IMG/VR virus record: IMGVR_UViG_2554235495_000004
Span: 1 to 57,783 of that record
Length of the DNA stretch: 57,783 nt
Strand: one strand, 5' to 3'
DNA from: a virus
The stretch's first letter is position 1. Every line of letters begins with the position of its first letter. The notes under the pieces were generated by a model, which saw only the letters and a list, made by a program, of their open reading frames with translations, searched no databases and was not told where the DNA came from. A program made the translations under genes and the position numbers. Positions 18,066 through 28,646 of this stretch are shown one piece after another.

Positions 18066-18374
18066 ATGGCAACCACCGAGGAGGCTGCCGAACTGGCGTT
18101 GAGCGACGAAACTGGTTTTCAGCGCGACCTGCTGACGGTCATCGCAAAACTCGGCGATCCCCACGGTCTCGGGATCAAAGAGGAGTTGGAGCAGCACTAC
18201 GGCAAGGAGATCCACCACGGCCGGCTGTACCCGAACCTTGACGACCTGATCCAGCGCGGGCTGGTCGAGAAGGGCGTGGTCGACCGCCGGACGAACTCCT
18301 ACGAGCTGACCGAGCGCGGCCGGCGCGAGATTGAACTCGACCTGCGGTTTCGGGAGGCGTTCATCGATGAGTAA
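18066..18374 (+). CDS. PadR-family regulator
   Basis: GFQRDLL...HGLGIKEELE..HGRLYPNLDDL..RRTNSYELTERG. Confidence 0.92.
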   Translation: MATTEEAAELALSDETGFQRDLLTVIAKLGDPHGLGIKEELEQHYGKEIHHGRLYPNLDDLIQRGLVEKGVVDRRTNSYELTERGRREIELDLRFREAFIDE

Positions 18375-19419
18375 GTCCGCCGACGCGCCGATCACGGAAG
18401 ACCTCGATTGGCGGGAGGTCCACGAGCGCCCCTCGCCGTCGACGATGGCGATCGAGCCGATGCGCCGCGAGGCGAAAGAGGTCACGACGGCGGTCTTTGA
18501 GAACAACTTCAACGTGGATCTTGACGACGCTCTCAGTAGCCGATCTCGGAAGCTACAGCGCGAACTGGAGCGCCGCCTGGGGATCACCTACCCGGACTGT
18601 CCACAGTGCCAGACGGAGGGTGAGTGGGGACAGGAACCCGGCGAGCCGCTAATCTGCTACGTCTGTTGGGAGGGTCCGCCCGAGGACATCCGGCACGAGG
18701 TCCACCGGCAGTGGAAGCGGATTTTTGAGGTGCGTGACGATGAGTGACTCCGCTACAGAGCTAACCGAGAGCGTTCGCGACCAGAACGTCCGGCGACCGC
18801 ATGAGAGGGTGAAATGCGAGTTGCCGCGCTGGGTGCTAACTGAGACGATCGCCTTTGCGGAAGTAGTGGAGCGCGACCGGGAGAACCCCAACTCGCTTCG
18901 AGAAAGCGCCGGGGCGGTCCAGAAGGTGCTCGACCGACGTCTCACACGCTATGACGCGGACTGCACCTGTGGCCCCGACGAGGCGTGCGACAGTTGCCCG
19001 CCGGACAAATTCGGCCAGGAGTCCGCCGATGCCTGAGTCACGCGACGGTTCTCTGAACGAGAGCCGGCACGAGGAAATCGAGATCGTCAACCAGCGGTGG
19101 AAGTGGCAGGTGGTAGCCTCTGCTCTCCGCGCGCTTCTCGAAGACGAGGAGGCAGATCGGCTGCTTCAAGCGGACGCGGAGCCGGTACTCCGCACAATAG
19201 AGAACGGGCTCGAACTGGATGAGGACGAGCGCACAACGGAGACATTCGATGACTGAGCAATCGCAAAACGAGAGCCACCACTACCCGGACGGCGTACTGA
19301 AATCGTACTGTGGCGACTGTGGAGAGCGGTTCTACGCTCGCCGCCATCCGAGCTACTGTCCGTACTGCGGGCATGACAAAGTGTTCAACGAGGGGCACGG
19401 CGAGGTGGGCCATGCCTGA
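18367..19419 (+). other. Four coupled hypothetical ORFs (18367-18747, 18740-19036, 19029-19256, 19249-19419), three Cys-rich
   Basis: Overlapping start and stop codons; CPQC, CTC..C and CGDC..CPYC motifs. Confidence 0.65.
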
Positions 19420-20122
19420 AACAGAGGCAGATGAGAGCCGTCACTGTCTCGATCTCTTCGCCGGACTCGGTGGTTTCTCGGCGGCGTTCGAGGACTCGCC
19501 CGACTGGCGCGTGACGACGGTCGACCTCAACGACGAGTTCGATCCGGACATCTGCGCGGACGTGATGGAGCTCCAGGCCGACGACCTCCCCGACCCCGAC
19601 CTGGTGCTCGCGTCCCCGCCATGCACGGACTTCTCGGTTGCGTGCATCACGCAGAAGTGGGATCATAGCGAGCGACGGCGGCCGAAGCACCTACCGGAGT
19701 GGGAGAGTATCGCTGAATCCGTTGCGATCGTCTACCGGACGATGTGGCTGGTGCAGGAACTCTCCCCGGACTGGTGGTTCATGGAAAACCCGCAGGGGAT
19801 GCTCGGGAAGTTGATCGGCCCTTCGGTCGGAACGGTCCACTACTGTCAGTACGGCAGCGAGTTCAAGAAACCGACCCAGTTGTGGGGTCGACACCCGCCG
19901 ATGGAGTATCGGAAGTGCGGCGGCGCTCCTAACTGCCACGTCTCGAACGCACGGGAGGTCAACACGTTCCGGGACGAGAGTCGCACGCGCGCCGTGGGCG
20001 TCGACAACAGCGCCGAGCGAGCCAAGGTCCCGCGGGAGCTCTCCGAGAACATCCTCGACGCGGTGGAGTCGGCATACCAGAACCCCCCGCCGAAGCAGTC
20101 GCTACTCACGGAGGCAGCATGA
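19412..20122 (+). CDS. DNA cytosine-C5 methyltransferase-like protein
   Basis: Motif I LDLFAGLGG, motif IV ASPPC, motif VI MENP. Confidence 0.88.
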   Translation: MPETEADESRHCLDLFAGLGGFSAAFEDSPDWRVTTVDLNDEFDPDICADVMELQADDLPDPDLVLASPPCTDFSVACITQKWDHSERRRPKHLPEWESIAESVAIVYRTMWLVQELSPDWWFMENPQGMLGKLIGPSVGTVHYCQYGSEFKKPTQLWGRHPPMEYRKCGGAPNCHVSNAREVNTFRDESRTRAVGVDNSAERAKVPRELSENILDAVESAYQNPPPKQSLLTEAA

Positions 20123-20150
20123 GCGATACAGAGCCAACAGGGGGCCGTCG

Positions 20151-21555
20151 ATGAGCTTCGAGGAGTTCGGCAAGACGATGGACAGTCTCATGGACAACAT
20201 GCTGTCGTCGTTCACACGCGCGACGGCCCGCCTCAGCCGCACGATGCAGATGCTCACAAGCCCCGGTCCGTCGGCTGAGGGTCGTCGTCTCACGGAGGAC
20301 CTGTGCCGCGAGGACTACGACCTCGTGGAGCGCAACAGCGTGCGCGTCGACCGCGTTGATTCCGAGCAGCACGCCGGCGACGCGGCGGCCGTGGCCTACC
20401 ACGACGGCACGGACTGGTCGGACGTGACGCGGTACGACCTGAGCGAGATCGAGGACTACCTGGAGCTGGTGAACGATGAGTGACGGTGCGAACTCCGTCG
20501 AAGAGAGGCTGCACGACGGGTATCCGGTGCGAGAGCGGTGGGAAGGTGATTACGACGCCCTCGGATACCAGATCGTCGGGGACCTCTCGGGGCACGAGAC
20601 CGACCCGATCACGATCCACTACGACGATGCCTACGAGCCCGTCCTCGGGACCTTCGAGGGGATCTCCAAACACAACAGTTGGCTGAGTTTAGCCAACGAC
20701 GGCGACTGGGTCACGCTCAGGCCGGACGGCCACCTCAGCAGAGGAGAGCCCGACAACGAGGGATCGATGACCGTGCTCGGGGTTGCCGAAAAAGTGGTGG
20801 CGTGGGAGCATCCCGATGAGTGACGATCTCGTGAAGGAGGTGTATCTGCTGTTCCTATGGGATGGGAACAGCCAGGGGACCCACGACGTCATCGGTGCGT
20901 TCACGAACGAAGATGCAGCCAAGCAGGCAGCCGAAGACGTCGACACGTTCGGAAGCGTTCACGTCGATTCGGTCCCGTTGAATCAGGTGATCGACCTGTG
21001 ACAGAGGGGACGGGGACCTACCGATGACCGAAGAGTACGCCCTCAACCAAGGCAACGACCTCGCGGACGACGACCCGGAGAACCAGTCGAGCAGACACAC
21101 TCTCCGGGGCTGTCTCAAGCTTCATGACTACGAGACGACAGTGGAGTATCTGAGCACTCAGAAGGTGCAAATCAAGCTTGAGTGTCCCAAATGCCCGGAC
21201 CGGCGGTTGCACTATGGGAACTGGAGGTTCGATGACGATGACGAGTGACCCTGCTACACAGCGAAGAGAGCTAGAACAGTTGGCCGCGGAAGTGGTCGAC
21301 GAGAACCGCCACATGGCCAGCGGTGTGCTCACCGACGATTTGGAAGAGCGCCACGCCCACCTCGATGCCCTCGCAAACGAAGCGTTAGACATGACGGACG
21401 GATCGCCGCTGTTCCCGGTCCTCAAACGTGCGATCCGCGACGAGGTCCGCGATCGAGAGGGCGTATCGGCGTGCTGTGGCGCACTGATCCGGACGACGAT
21501 GTACGGCCTGCGAGTGTGCTCGCGGTGCCGGCGGGAGGTAGACGATGCCGACTGA
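20151..21555 (+). other. Five hypothetical ORFs (20151-20483, 20476-20823, 20816-21001, 21024-21248, 21238-21555)
   Basis: Acidic and mostly coupled. Confidence 0.65.
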
Positions 21556-22189
21556 CAACCCTTCGGCAGAGAGCCCTCAAATCCTCCGAGAGCACTGCGT
21601 GTTCGGAGAGAATCGGGCCTATCTGCTCATGGCGATCGCCCGCCGCAAGGAGAACAAGCACCTCTCCAGCTCCGGCGAGATCGTGTTTCGAGAGGTCGTC
21701 AAGGATGGGCGAGACATCCGGCGGAAGTACGACAAACTCCGCGCCCTCGCGCGTGGCTACCGTACCGATAGCGGCGAGGGGGCTAACTTCCGCCTCTACG
21801 TGACGGTGAACGCTCGGGATATGCGCTCAGGGTACTGGAACTTCCGCGAGCGCATGAACGGCTGGTCTCGGGACATGGTGGCCGGCGACGACGCCGTGGC
21901 CCGGAAGCTAAAGCGTGTAGGAGGTCACTGGATGTCGGATCTCCAGAAGTCGGAGAACGCCGATGATCCATGCCTGTTCCTGTTCGACGTCGACGACACG
22001 AGACGCTTCGCGCTGAACTCGATCACCAGCGGGCTAACCGACCACACGGAGCTGCGGCGGGTCCAAGAGACGCCCAACGGCTACCACCTGATAACGGAAC
22101 CGTTCAACCACACCGAGTTCGAGAGTGGCATTGAGCACGAACTGAAGACGGACGGGATGCTATTCGTGGAGTACCTCAACGATGACTGA
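21545..22189 (+). CDS. Divergent archaeo-eukaryotic primase (AEP)-like protein
   Basis: hhhDhD motif (FLFDVDD) and ETPNGYHL resemble AEP motifs I and II. Confidence 0.55.
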   Translation: MPTDNPSAESPQILREHCVFGENRAYLLMAIARRKENKHLSSSGEIVFREVVKDGRDIRRKYDKLRALARGYRTDSGEGANFRLYVTVNARDMRSGYWNFRERMNGWSRDMVAGDDAVARKLKRVGGHWMSDLQKSENADDPCLFLFDVDDTRRFALNSITSGLTDHTELRRVQETPNGYHLITEPFNHTEFESGIEHELKTDGMLFVEYLNDD

Positions 22190-23547
22190 CAACGCACAAT
22201 CTCAAGAGAAGAGTCCTCGATGCGCGAGTTGTCGCGGTGATGTCGACATGAGAGCACACACGAAAATCGAGGTCGTTGGGAACGACGGAACGAAGACCGC
22301 CCGGTTCTGTCTCGACTGTCAGAACCAGGGGATATTAGTAAAAACAGCGAGCGACGTACCGGCAGCAAAAGAAGATTACTCAGGCAACCCTGGGTCCGTT
22401 GTGAGAGTGGAAAACGATGGCTGAGGACTCCCCGGGAGCTATGATGCAGTGGCGAATCTTCAACCCGCTCACCGTCGAGCTGACGCGAGAGCAAATTGAG
22501 CAGGTCGGTGTGATCGTGAAGAGCCGGAAGCCCCGACACCGCCTCGATGGGAGGCTCTACGACGATGCCTGACGGTAGCTCTCCCGAAGGGACTTTGCGA
22601 ATCAATGACGAGACATGGGCGCTAATCCGCGAATCACAAACCGTCGAGAATATCGGGCTAACCCAATGGTCGCCACCTGATTACAGCCACTATCGCCACC
22701 ATTTGCCCGACGATTTGACGGATTCGGAGCGTGAACTATGGGAAAACGCCGAAGGCGTGGCGAAAAAGTATGCCGCGAAGCAGATACAAGCATGGCGGAA
22801 GGTTGAACGAACGGGCGAGTACGAACCCTTCGTTCCCCCCTGTTAGATAGGACGGGCTAATATACCAATGAGTAAACAAAACGACGACTCCCCCGAAGAA
22901 ATTGCTCACCGGATCAAAAAAGAGTTAGAAAAAGATGAACCGTTGTCTCACGACGAACTATCCGATAGACTGGACGTGAAGTGGTATGAAGTAACTAAAG
23001 GGATGCAACACCTTAGAACACCACTCCGTTCAAAAAAGGTTGCTATTCGGTTGGATAGGCGATACGAACTTTGCTAAATCCGACGGACTACTAGATCAAT
23101 GATAAAAGATTGTCCCGAGTGTGGAGGCCCGATGGAACCAGGATCGGACTTCGGCGATTACTGCATGGACTGTAAAATATGCTGGATGGGCGACGGCGCT
23201 GGCGAATGGGAGTTCCGATGACAGACGACGATGGAATCCGAACGTTCGGCGGTGGGATGCACGAATCCGATGCCAACTACCGCGAGTGCCCGATCTGTGG
23301 CGGACCGGCACGGCGGCTCACGGGTGATGGTGTCTACACCACTGGCGAGCACATCTGGGACGAACACCAGGACGTCATCGAAGGGATCGCCGAAGCACGG
23401 TATCGCTTCCGAAAGGCTGCGAAGATGCTCAACATGCTCGGGGCGGATGGCGACGCGAGCGTGCGTGCCGCATTACTGCAAGGTCACGACGCTCTCGGTG
23501 GCGACCGTGTGGAGATCGAGCCGATTCTCGACCAAGACGATGGGTAG
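22182..23547 (+). other. Terminal early ORFs: 22182-22424, 22417-22572, 22565-22846, 22868-23077 (wHTH-like), 23099-23221 (CPECG, 40 aa), 23218-23547
   Basis: Coupled ORFs with CxxC motifs; 22800-23100 is AT-rich. Confidence 0.6.
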
Positions 23548-23567
23548 CGAGAACTCCGCTGAGGGCT

Positions 23568-23663
23568 ATGTCACACCTGATAGGGTTGCTGTTTTACGTC
23601 ACCTATATCCTCGTGGGGGCGGGTGTGTTGCTACTAATTGCTGAGTTGCCACGATTGATCTGA
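23568..23663 (+). CDS. 31-aa hydrophobic single-TM micropeptide (absent from the ORF track)
   Basis: MSHLIGLLFYVTYILVGAGVLLLIAELPRLI, preceded by GAGGG. Confidence 0.45.
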   Translation: MSHLIGLLFYVTYILVGAGVLLLIAELPRLI

Positions 23664-23772
23664 GGAACGAGGCCGTCAGTGTTGCCACTGGTTGTTAGCG
23701 CGTTCTGGAGTACCATTCTCCGGCCCAAAAGGTGGGGGTTAGACCGGGGAAGACGGGTTTGCTAAGAAGGAG

Positions 23773-24981
23773 TCAGCGGATGTCGACGTAGTTGCTTTCG
23801 TCCACGTTCGGGAGGTCGATCTCAGTGTCCACGACCTTCGACCCAGGCCGATTTTTGATGAGCACGCCGTCGCGGGTGGGGGCGTCTCCGTGGATGCGGG
23901 AGTCCCGCACCGTCACCGACACGTCACCCGTCCGCCGTGCCCGGTCGTCGGGCGAGAAGGCGAGCACGCCACGGGCACGATAGTCCGTCCCGCGAAGTTC
24001 GATGTCGATGTCCTCGATCTCGACGGCCGCCGAACTCGACTGGACGCGGATCGCCGACCCCGAATCCGAACCGGGGAAAGTCTTGATCGAGCCACCCGTC
24101 ACGCGAGCGCCGTTGGCAGCCTTGAACCAGATGCCGCGGTGGTTGTCGAAGCCTGGCTTGGACTCGTCGACGTAGAGGGTGGGGTTCTCGATGATCGAGG
24201 GGCCGCCGACGCGGAGCTGGTCTCTATCGCTATTGTAGCCGACGTGATCGTAGACTTTTACGTACCCGTCATGGTTTTTCTTCCACGGCTCGCCGTAGAG
24301 ACCATTATTCGGAAACCCGCCGAACTCGCAGTGGTGTAGTTCAAGGACACCGTTGGACTTGGCGTTCAGAAACGCACCGATCGAGTCGTGGGTCGAATCG
24401 GTGGCAGTGTTCCGCGACGCTCCGCCGGGCTGGTTGACGTTTTCGAGGACGACCTTCTGCCCCCTGGGGATCTTACAGTAAATGCCACAGCCCCAGTCGG
24501 TCGTTGCGTCGCCCTCGCCACGGACGGTGACGTCGCGCATCCGGCCGCCGCGGTTGAACGAGAAGTTGACGCCCTTGCCATCCTCGCGGGCATCGATGCC
24601 GAAGCCACGCAGCTCGACGCCCTCGGCTTCGTCCTCGGTTTGGAGGAGGCGTCCCGCCCCGGCGAAGTGATCGCCGAGCGAGAGTTCCATGTCGTCCGAC
24701 GAGCGGGCAAAGACCGCGTTCGGGTCGGACATCTTCCACCCGCCGCGCACCTCGTCGTCATCGACGATGCAAAAGGCCACCTCCTTGCGGTCGTTGGAGA
24801 GGTCGGCGATCTCACTCGCCGCGACCTCCACGATTTCAAAACCACTCCTCTCGAAGTGCTTCTCGTTCGGGTCGGTCTGGCGCGGCGACCCCGAGACGCC
24901 GCCAGCGCCGCCGCTGTCCGACGTGCGCTCACCACCCAGCGCCGAGTGGGGGCCACCGATCAAGCGGTCGTTGATGGGCAT
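23773..24981 (-). CDS. Right-handed beta-helix (pectin-lyase-like) protein, family A
   Basis: Beta-helix periodicity; IGAFL..G.L....F..FPNNGLY shared with the 37157-39244 protein. Confidence 0.7.
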   Translation of the reverse strand: MPINDRLIGGPHSALGGERTSDSGGAGGVSGSPRQTDPNEKHFERSGFEIVEVAASEIADLSNDRKEVAFCIVDDDEVRGGWKMSDPNAVFARSSDDMELSLGDHFAGAGRLLQTEDEAEGVELRGFGIDAREDGKGVNFSFNRGGRMRDVTVRGEGDATTDWGCGIYCKIPRGQKVVLENVNQPGGASRNTATDSTHDSIGAFLNAKSNGVLELHHCEFGGFPNNGLYGEPWKKNHDGYVKVYDHVGYNSDRDQLRVGGPSIIENPTLYVDESKPGFDNHRGIWFKAANGARVTGGSIKTFPGSDSGSAIRVQSSSAAVEIEDIDIELRGTDYRARGVLAFSPDDRARRTGDVSVTVRDSRIHGDAPTRDGVLIKNRPGSKVVDTEIDLPNVDESNYVDIR

Positions 24982-24983
24982 CG

Positions 24984-25535
24984 TCAGAACTCCATCGGCG
25001 GGCTGAATACCTCCACGTCTTGCCACCCTCGCTCGGAGCCCTTGAACCGCGCTTTGGCGGGTTGATCGGCCACGACGCTCACCTGCGTGAACGGCCAGAT
25101 GCGGTAGGAGTCGGCGTTACCGCCCTTGACGTTGCCCGCCGCGAGCGTGTTCGACTGCGTGAGCACGTTGTCGTTCCACTCCGCGCCGCCGCCGCGGAGG
25201 ATCATGCCCGGTTCGGCGACCGAGAGCATGTAGTGACAGCCCTGCGATTTGATTTCGAACTCAGCGGCGTTGAGAAACGGCGGCACCACCCGCTCGGCAC
25301 CGCCGCCCATATTGAGGCGACAGTCGAGTTGCCAGGGCTGGTCGGCCGCGAAGTCCAGCGGGACGCCATCGAAGACGATTGTGTCCTTGCCAGAGCTGAC
25401 CTGTCCTTCGATCTCCGTGCCGTCGACCTCGTCGTGGTCGTTGAGTTGCGATGCCTCGGCGTCGATCTTGCCAGTGGCGCGGAATCGGTAGCTGTTCCAC
25501 TCGTCGGTTCGGGTGCTAATGGTGATTTTGGGCAT
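24984..25535 (-). CDS. Protein with two copies of a small beta domain
   Basis: SYRF..ND.D...G.V..G.D versus HYML..ND.V...G.V.GG.AD. Confidence 0.6.
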   Translation of the reverse strand: MPKITISTRTDEWNSYRFRATGKIDAEASQLNDHDEVDGTEIEGQVSSGKDTIVFDGVPLDFAADQPWQLDCRLNMGGGAERVVPPFLNAAEFEIKSQGCHYMLSVAEPGMILRGGGAEWNDNVLTQSNTLAAGNVKGGNADSYRIWPFTQVSVVADQPAKARFKGSERGWQDVEVFSPPMEF

Positions 25536-25574
25536 GATTGGATTCGTGTTTGGCCGTTGGTGCTGGCCGCCGTT

Positions 25575-25592
25575 CGGTAGTATTTAGTGCAA
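25575..25592. promoter_or_regulatory. Probable bidirectional TATA element
   Basis: TATTTA 25581-86 lies 25 nt before ATG 25612; TAAATA on the - strand faces ATG 25535; main AT-rich island in the 76-bp gap. Confidence 0.5.
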
Positions 25593-25611
25593 CACGCACC
25601 TGTTAGGAAAC

Positions 25612-26934
25612 ATGCAACGGCGGTCGGTTCTCGCGTCGATGGGGCTTGCGGCGGGATCGCTTCTCGGCGGCACCACGATGGCGCAGTCGAGCGGTAGTGC
25701 AGACGCAACCGCAACCCCCGATCGCGTCATCACGACGCTCGATGAGTTACAGTCGACATTCCGGCCCGATGGCACCCTCAAACCGGGAGATCGCGTCCGC
25801 ATCACCGACGAGAACGCCCCGTATCGTACGACGCAGTGGCTCGATATCGACCAGTCGGGCGTCACCGTCGTCTGTGATGGTGCCTTCCCACTCGTCAAGC
25901 CCGCCGGCGGGGCGAACGTTGGCGGCCTCCGCGTCGGCAAGCACCGCCGCGTCGAGGACGTGACGATCGATGGCTACTCCCACCACGGCAACCCCTCGGA
26001 ACAGTCCATGTCAGAGGGTGGGTTCGGCATCGGTTCGTTCGCCGTCGATAGCATCACGATCCGGAACTGTGACATCCGACGGACGACGCCGTATCACAAA
26101 CACAACGCCCGCAACTCGGGCGTCATCATCGGCCGCGATACCGACGCCTACGACGTTCTCAACAACGACTTCGACCACATCGGCGATCGAGCCATCAACG
26201 CTTGGGGGGAGTACGGGTACGTCGCGCACAACTTCTCAGAGAACGGCTTCGATCGGATGATCTCGGTCGAACCCGGCGAGGACATCGCCATCGTCAACAA
26301 CCGTTGTGCCGGCAACGGCCGCGGGTCTGTGATCGGCGTTGGCCGGAAGATCTCCGCGCCCAAGCGCATTCTCATCGCCGGTAACATCGCCACCGGAACC
26401 CACCGCCGGTTCATCTACTGTAATTCGACGGCTGAGTGGACGAATACGATGGTGAGGGGGAACATCGGCGACGGGTCGGATTCGACGCACCCTGGCATCG
26501 AAGTGCGAGCGCCCCACTCGACGGTGGCGGGCAACCACCTCGCCGGGTATGGCGGGGCTGGCGTGCTCGTGAACGCCCCGCGGACGTGGGTGCGCGGGAA
26601 TCGCGTCTGGGACTGTGGCGGACCGGGCGTCCAGTTCGACCCAATAGAGTCGCCGATGAGATACAAAGCGGCGGGCCTCAACGGGGCCTTCAAGTCTGTC
26701 GCGCAGAACAACCACCTCTGGCGGAACTGCCGTCAGCGCGGTGCTGCGGAACTCCAGACGGCGGCGAAGCGCACTCGGCTGCTGAACAACAACGTCATCG
26801 GCACTCGCAATGGGATCGCAGGCATTGTCGCCATTGGCCGCGGGCGATTCTCGACGGCGGCGTGGAACGTGACACCGCATGGTGCCGACGTGTTCGCTGA
26901 CGGTGGGCCGACGCGAACGCAAGCCAACCTCTGA
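25612..26934 (+). CDS. Tat-exported right-handed beta-helix protein, family B
   Basis: Signal MQRRSVLASMGLAAGSLLGGTTMA; colinear with the C-terminal domain of 28764-31874. Confidence 0.8.
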   Translation: MQRRSVLASMGLAAGSLLGGTTMAQSSGSADATATPDRVITTLDELQSTFRPDGTLKPGDRVRITDENAPYRTTQWLDIDQSGVTVVCDGAFPLVKPAGGANVGGLRVGKHRRVEDVTIDGYSHHGNPSEQSMSEGGFGIGSFAVDSITIRNCDIRRTTPYHKHNARNSGVIIGRDTDAYDVLNNDFDHIGDRAINAWGEYGYVAHNFSENGFDRMISVEPGEDIAIVNNRCAGNGRGSVIGVGRKISAPKRILIAGNIATGTHRRFIYCNSTAEWTNTMVRGNIGDGSDSTHPGIEVRAPHSTVAGNHLAGYGGAGVLVNAPRTWVRGNRVWDCGGPGVQFDPIESPMRYKAAGLNGAFKSVAQNNHLWRNCRQRGAAELQTAAKRTRLLNNNVIGTRNGIAGIVAIGRGRFSTAAWNVTPHGADVFADGGPTRTQANL

Positions 26935-26942
26935 GAGCTAAC

Positions 26943-28646
26943 TCAGATATTCCGCGCGAGAAGCTTTATCTCGCCGCCGTTGACTTCACCGCCTGACAGG
27001 AGTGTGACTATGTTGATGTCATCATATGCCTCTTCGAGATGGCCACGCACGCCCTCCTCGCGGCCGGAACCAACGAGATTGCCCTGATGCGACATCGTGA
27101 TCCAGTCGGCATCGCCGCCGGTCGAGGCACTCAGGTTGACGCGGCCGGCAACATGGTGAGAGTTCTCCGCGTAGGCGAGATGCCACGTCGTCTCGGAAAA
27201 CTCTCGGAGGCCCGATGTCTGCCGAGTGAGATTATAGTAGTTCTGCGTGCTGTTTAGATTTGCCCGCAGGGAGATGACTTGTGTGTTTGAGGTCGTCTCG
27301 ACACGGTAGAGCAAGCGATACTCGTTCGCGCCGACGCCACCAGTCACACGCTGGTCGGCTGGCGCTCCTGACGCTAGTGACGCCTCATCAACCACACGCC
27401 ACATGCCGGTATTCGCCTGCCATTGCGTCCCGCCAGAGCTGTTCGGTGTGAGAATGTCGCCCGCCGACGTGCCCGAGGAGTCCACGCCCTGAGCGGTTGT
27501 GGCCGCATCTGCCGATGCGACGGACAGAGTAGACTCGTCGGATTCATCGATGAACTGATTGTTAGCCTCCGAGCGCGGGTAGTACGCCGTATCGTGGTCG
27601 TGATCGAGCACCGCCGAGCGTCGCAGACCCGCCGCATACGTCGCGTTGTAGTCGTCGAACAGTATCGACGCATTGCCCGAGCCGACAGTACCACGCGAAG
27701 CCCACATATCGTTGTTGTCGGCAGTCTGGATGCGCACTTCAACGAAGGTCGCCTCGGCAGGCAGCGAAGCCGTATGCGTCAGCGACACCCACGTCGACCC
27801 CGAGAGACTCGTGGTGTTGCCGGCGGCGAAGTATTGCTCGGACGCTGTGGCCGAATACTGCGTCGTCGTGGCGAGCGAGAGCGGCTGAAGCGAACTGTCG
27901 TAACACCGCACGTCGATGAAGGCATCGTCCTCACCGGTGAACGTCTCACTATCACTGTGTGTCTGGCCGTCGTCGTATGCGGTGTAGTCGGCCGTCGGCC
28001 GGGCGTAGACAGACACCGAGAGATCGTGCCCGCCCGCACCCACCGCGTACTCCGTCGCAAGTGCCCACGTGCTGGATGAGATCGTACTACCGTCCGGGGC
28101 AGTCGTGTTGACGAAATCGCAGCCAAACGACTGCGTGGACGTGATTGTGTCGGGTGAGTCGGCGTAGAAGTAGCCACCCTGCGCGGCGGCCGACGCCGGC
28201 CCCGGCTCGAAGCGGAAGCCCTGCGGTGTGGCTGGGGCGTCCGAGCCAGGATCGCTGAGGGGGTGCACCTCGAAGTCCTCGCTGACGCGCTTGAGGTAGC
28301 GCGTGTCGAGGGTGCTGGTGTCGACATCGAGGTTGACACGCTTCGGGTCGCTGGCGTCCTCGGTGGCCGTAAGATACTCCTCGAAGGTGTAACTCTCGGT
28401 GTTTGCGACGGTGGTTGATTCGTCGATAATACTGTCGGGGAGATTTGAGGGGCCGCCGTGAGGACCACTCCATTGCCCGCCGATGTAGTCATAGATGCCG
28501 GCAGGGTCCGCGCCGCTGCCGTCGATCGCAACGGTGATGCCCTCTATACTTGGCGCGTCTGATAGCGCAGGATAGACTGGCGCGTAGAACTCTTCTTTCG
28601 GTCGAAGGACGATCGGCCGGCTTTCGTCAGGATCTTCAGATGGCAT
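26943..28646 (-). CDS. Tail fibre/adhesin with CBM-like jelly-roll segment
   Basis: Last gene of the fibre cluster; Thr/Ser-rich; segment DVRCYD...WVSLTHTASLPAEATFVEVRIQ. Confidence 0.6.
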   Translation of the reverse strand: MPSEDPDESRPIVLRPKEEFYAPVYPALSDAPSIEGITVAIDGSGADPAGIYDYIGGQWSGPHGGPSNLPDSIIDESTTVANTESYTFEEYLTATEDASDPKRVNLDVDTSTLDTRYLKRVSEDFEVHPLSDPGSDAPATPQGFRFEPGPASAAAQGGYFYADSPDTITSTQSFGCDFVNTTAPDGSTISSSTWALATEYAVGAGGHDLSVSVYARPTADYTAYDDGQTHSDSETFTGEDDAFIDVRCYDSSLQPLSLATTTQYSATASEQYFAAGNTTSLSGSTWVSLTHTASLPAEATFVEVRIQTADNNDMWASRGTVGSGNASILFDDYNATYAAGLRRSAVLDHDHDTAYYPRSEANNQFIDESDESTLSVASADAATTAQGVDSSGTSAGDILTPNSSGGTQWQANTGMWRVVDEASLASGAPADQRVTGGVGANEYRLLYRVETTSNTQVISLRANLNSTQNYYNLTRQTSGLREFSETTWHLAYAENSHHVAGRVNLSASTGGDADWITMSHQGNLVGSGREEGVRGHLEEAYDDINIVTLLSGGEVNGGEIKLLARNI

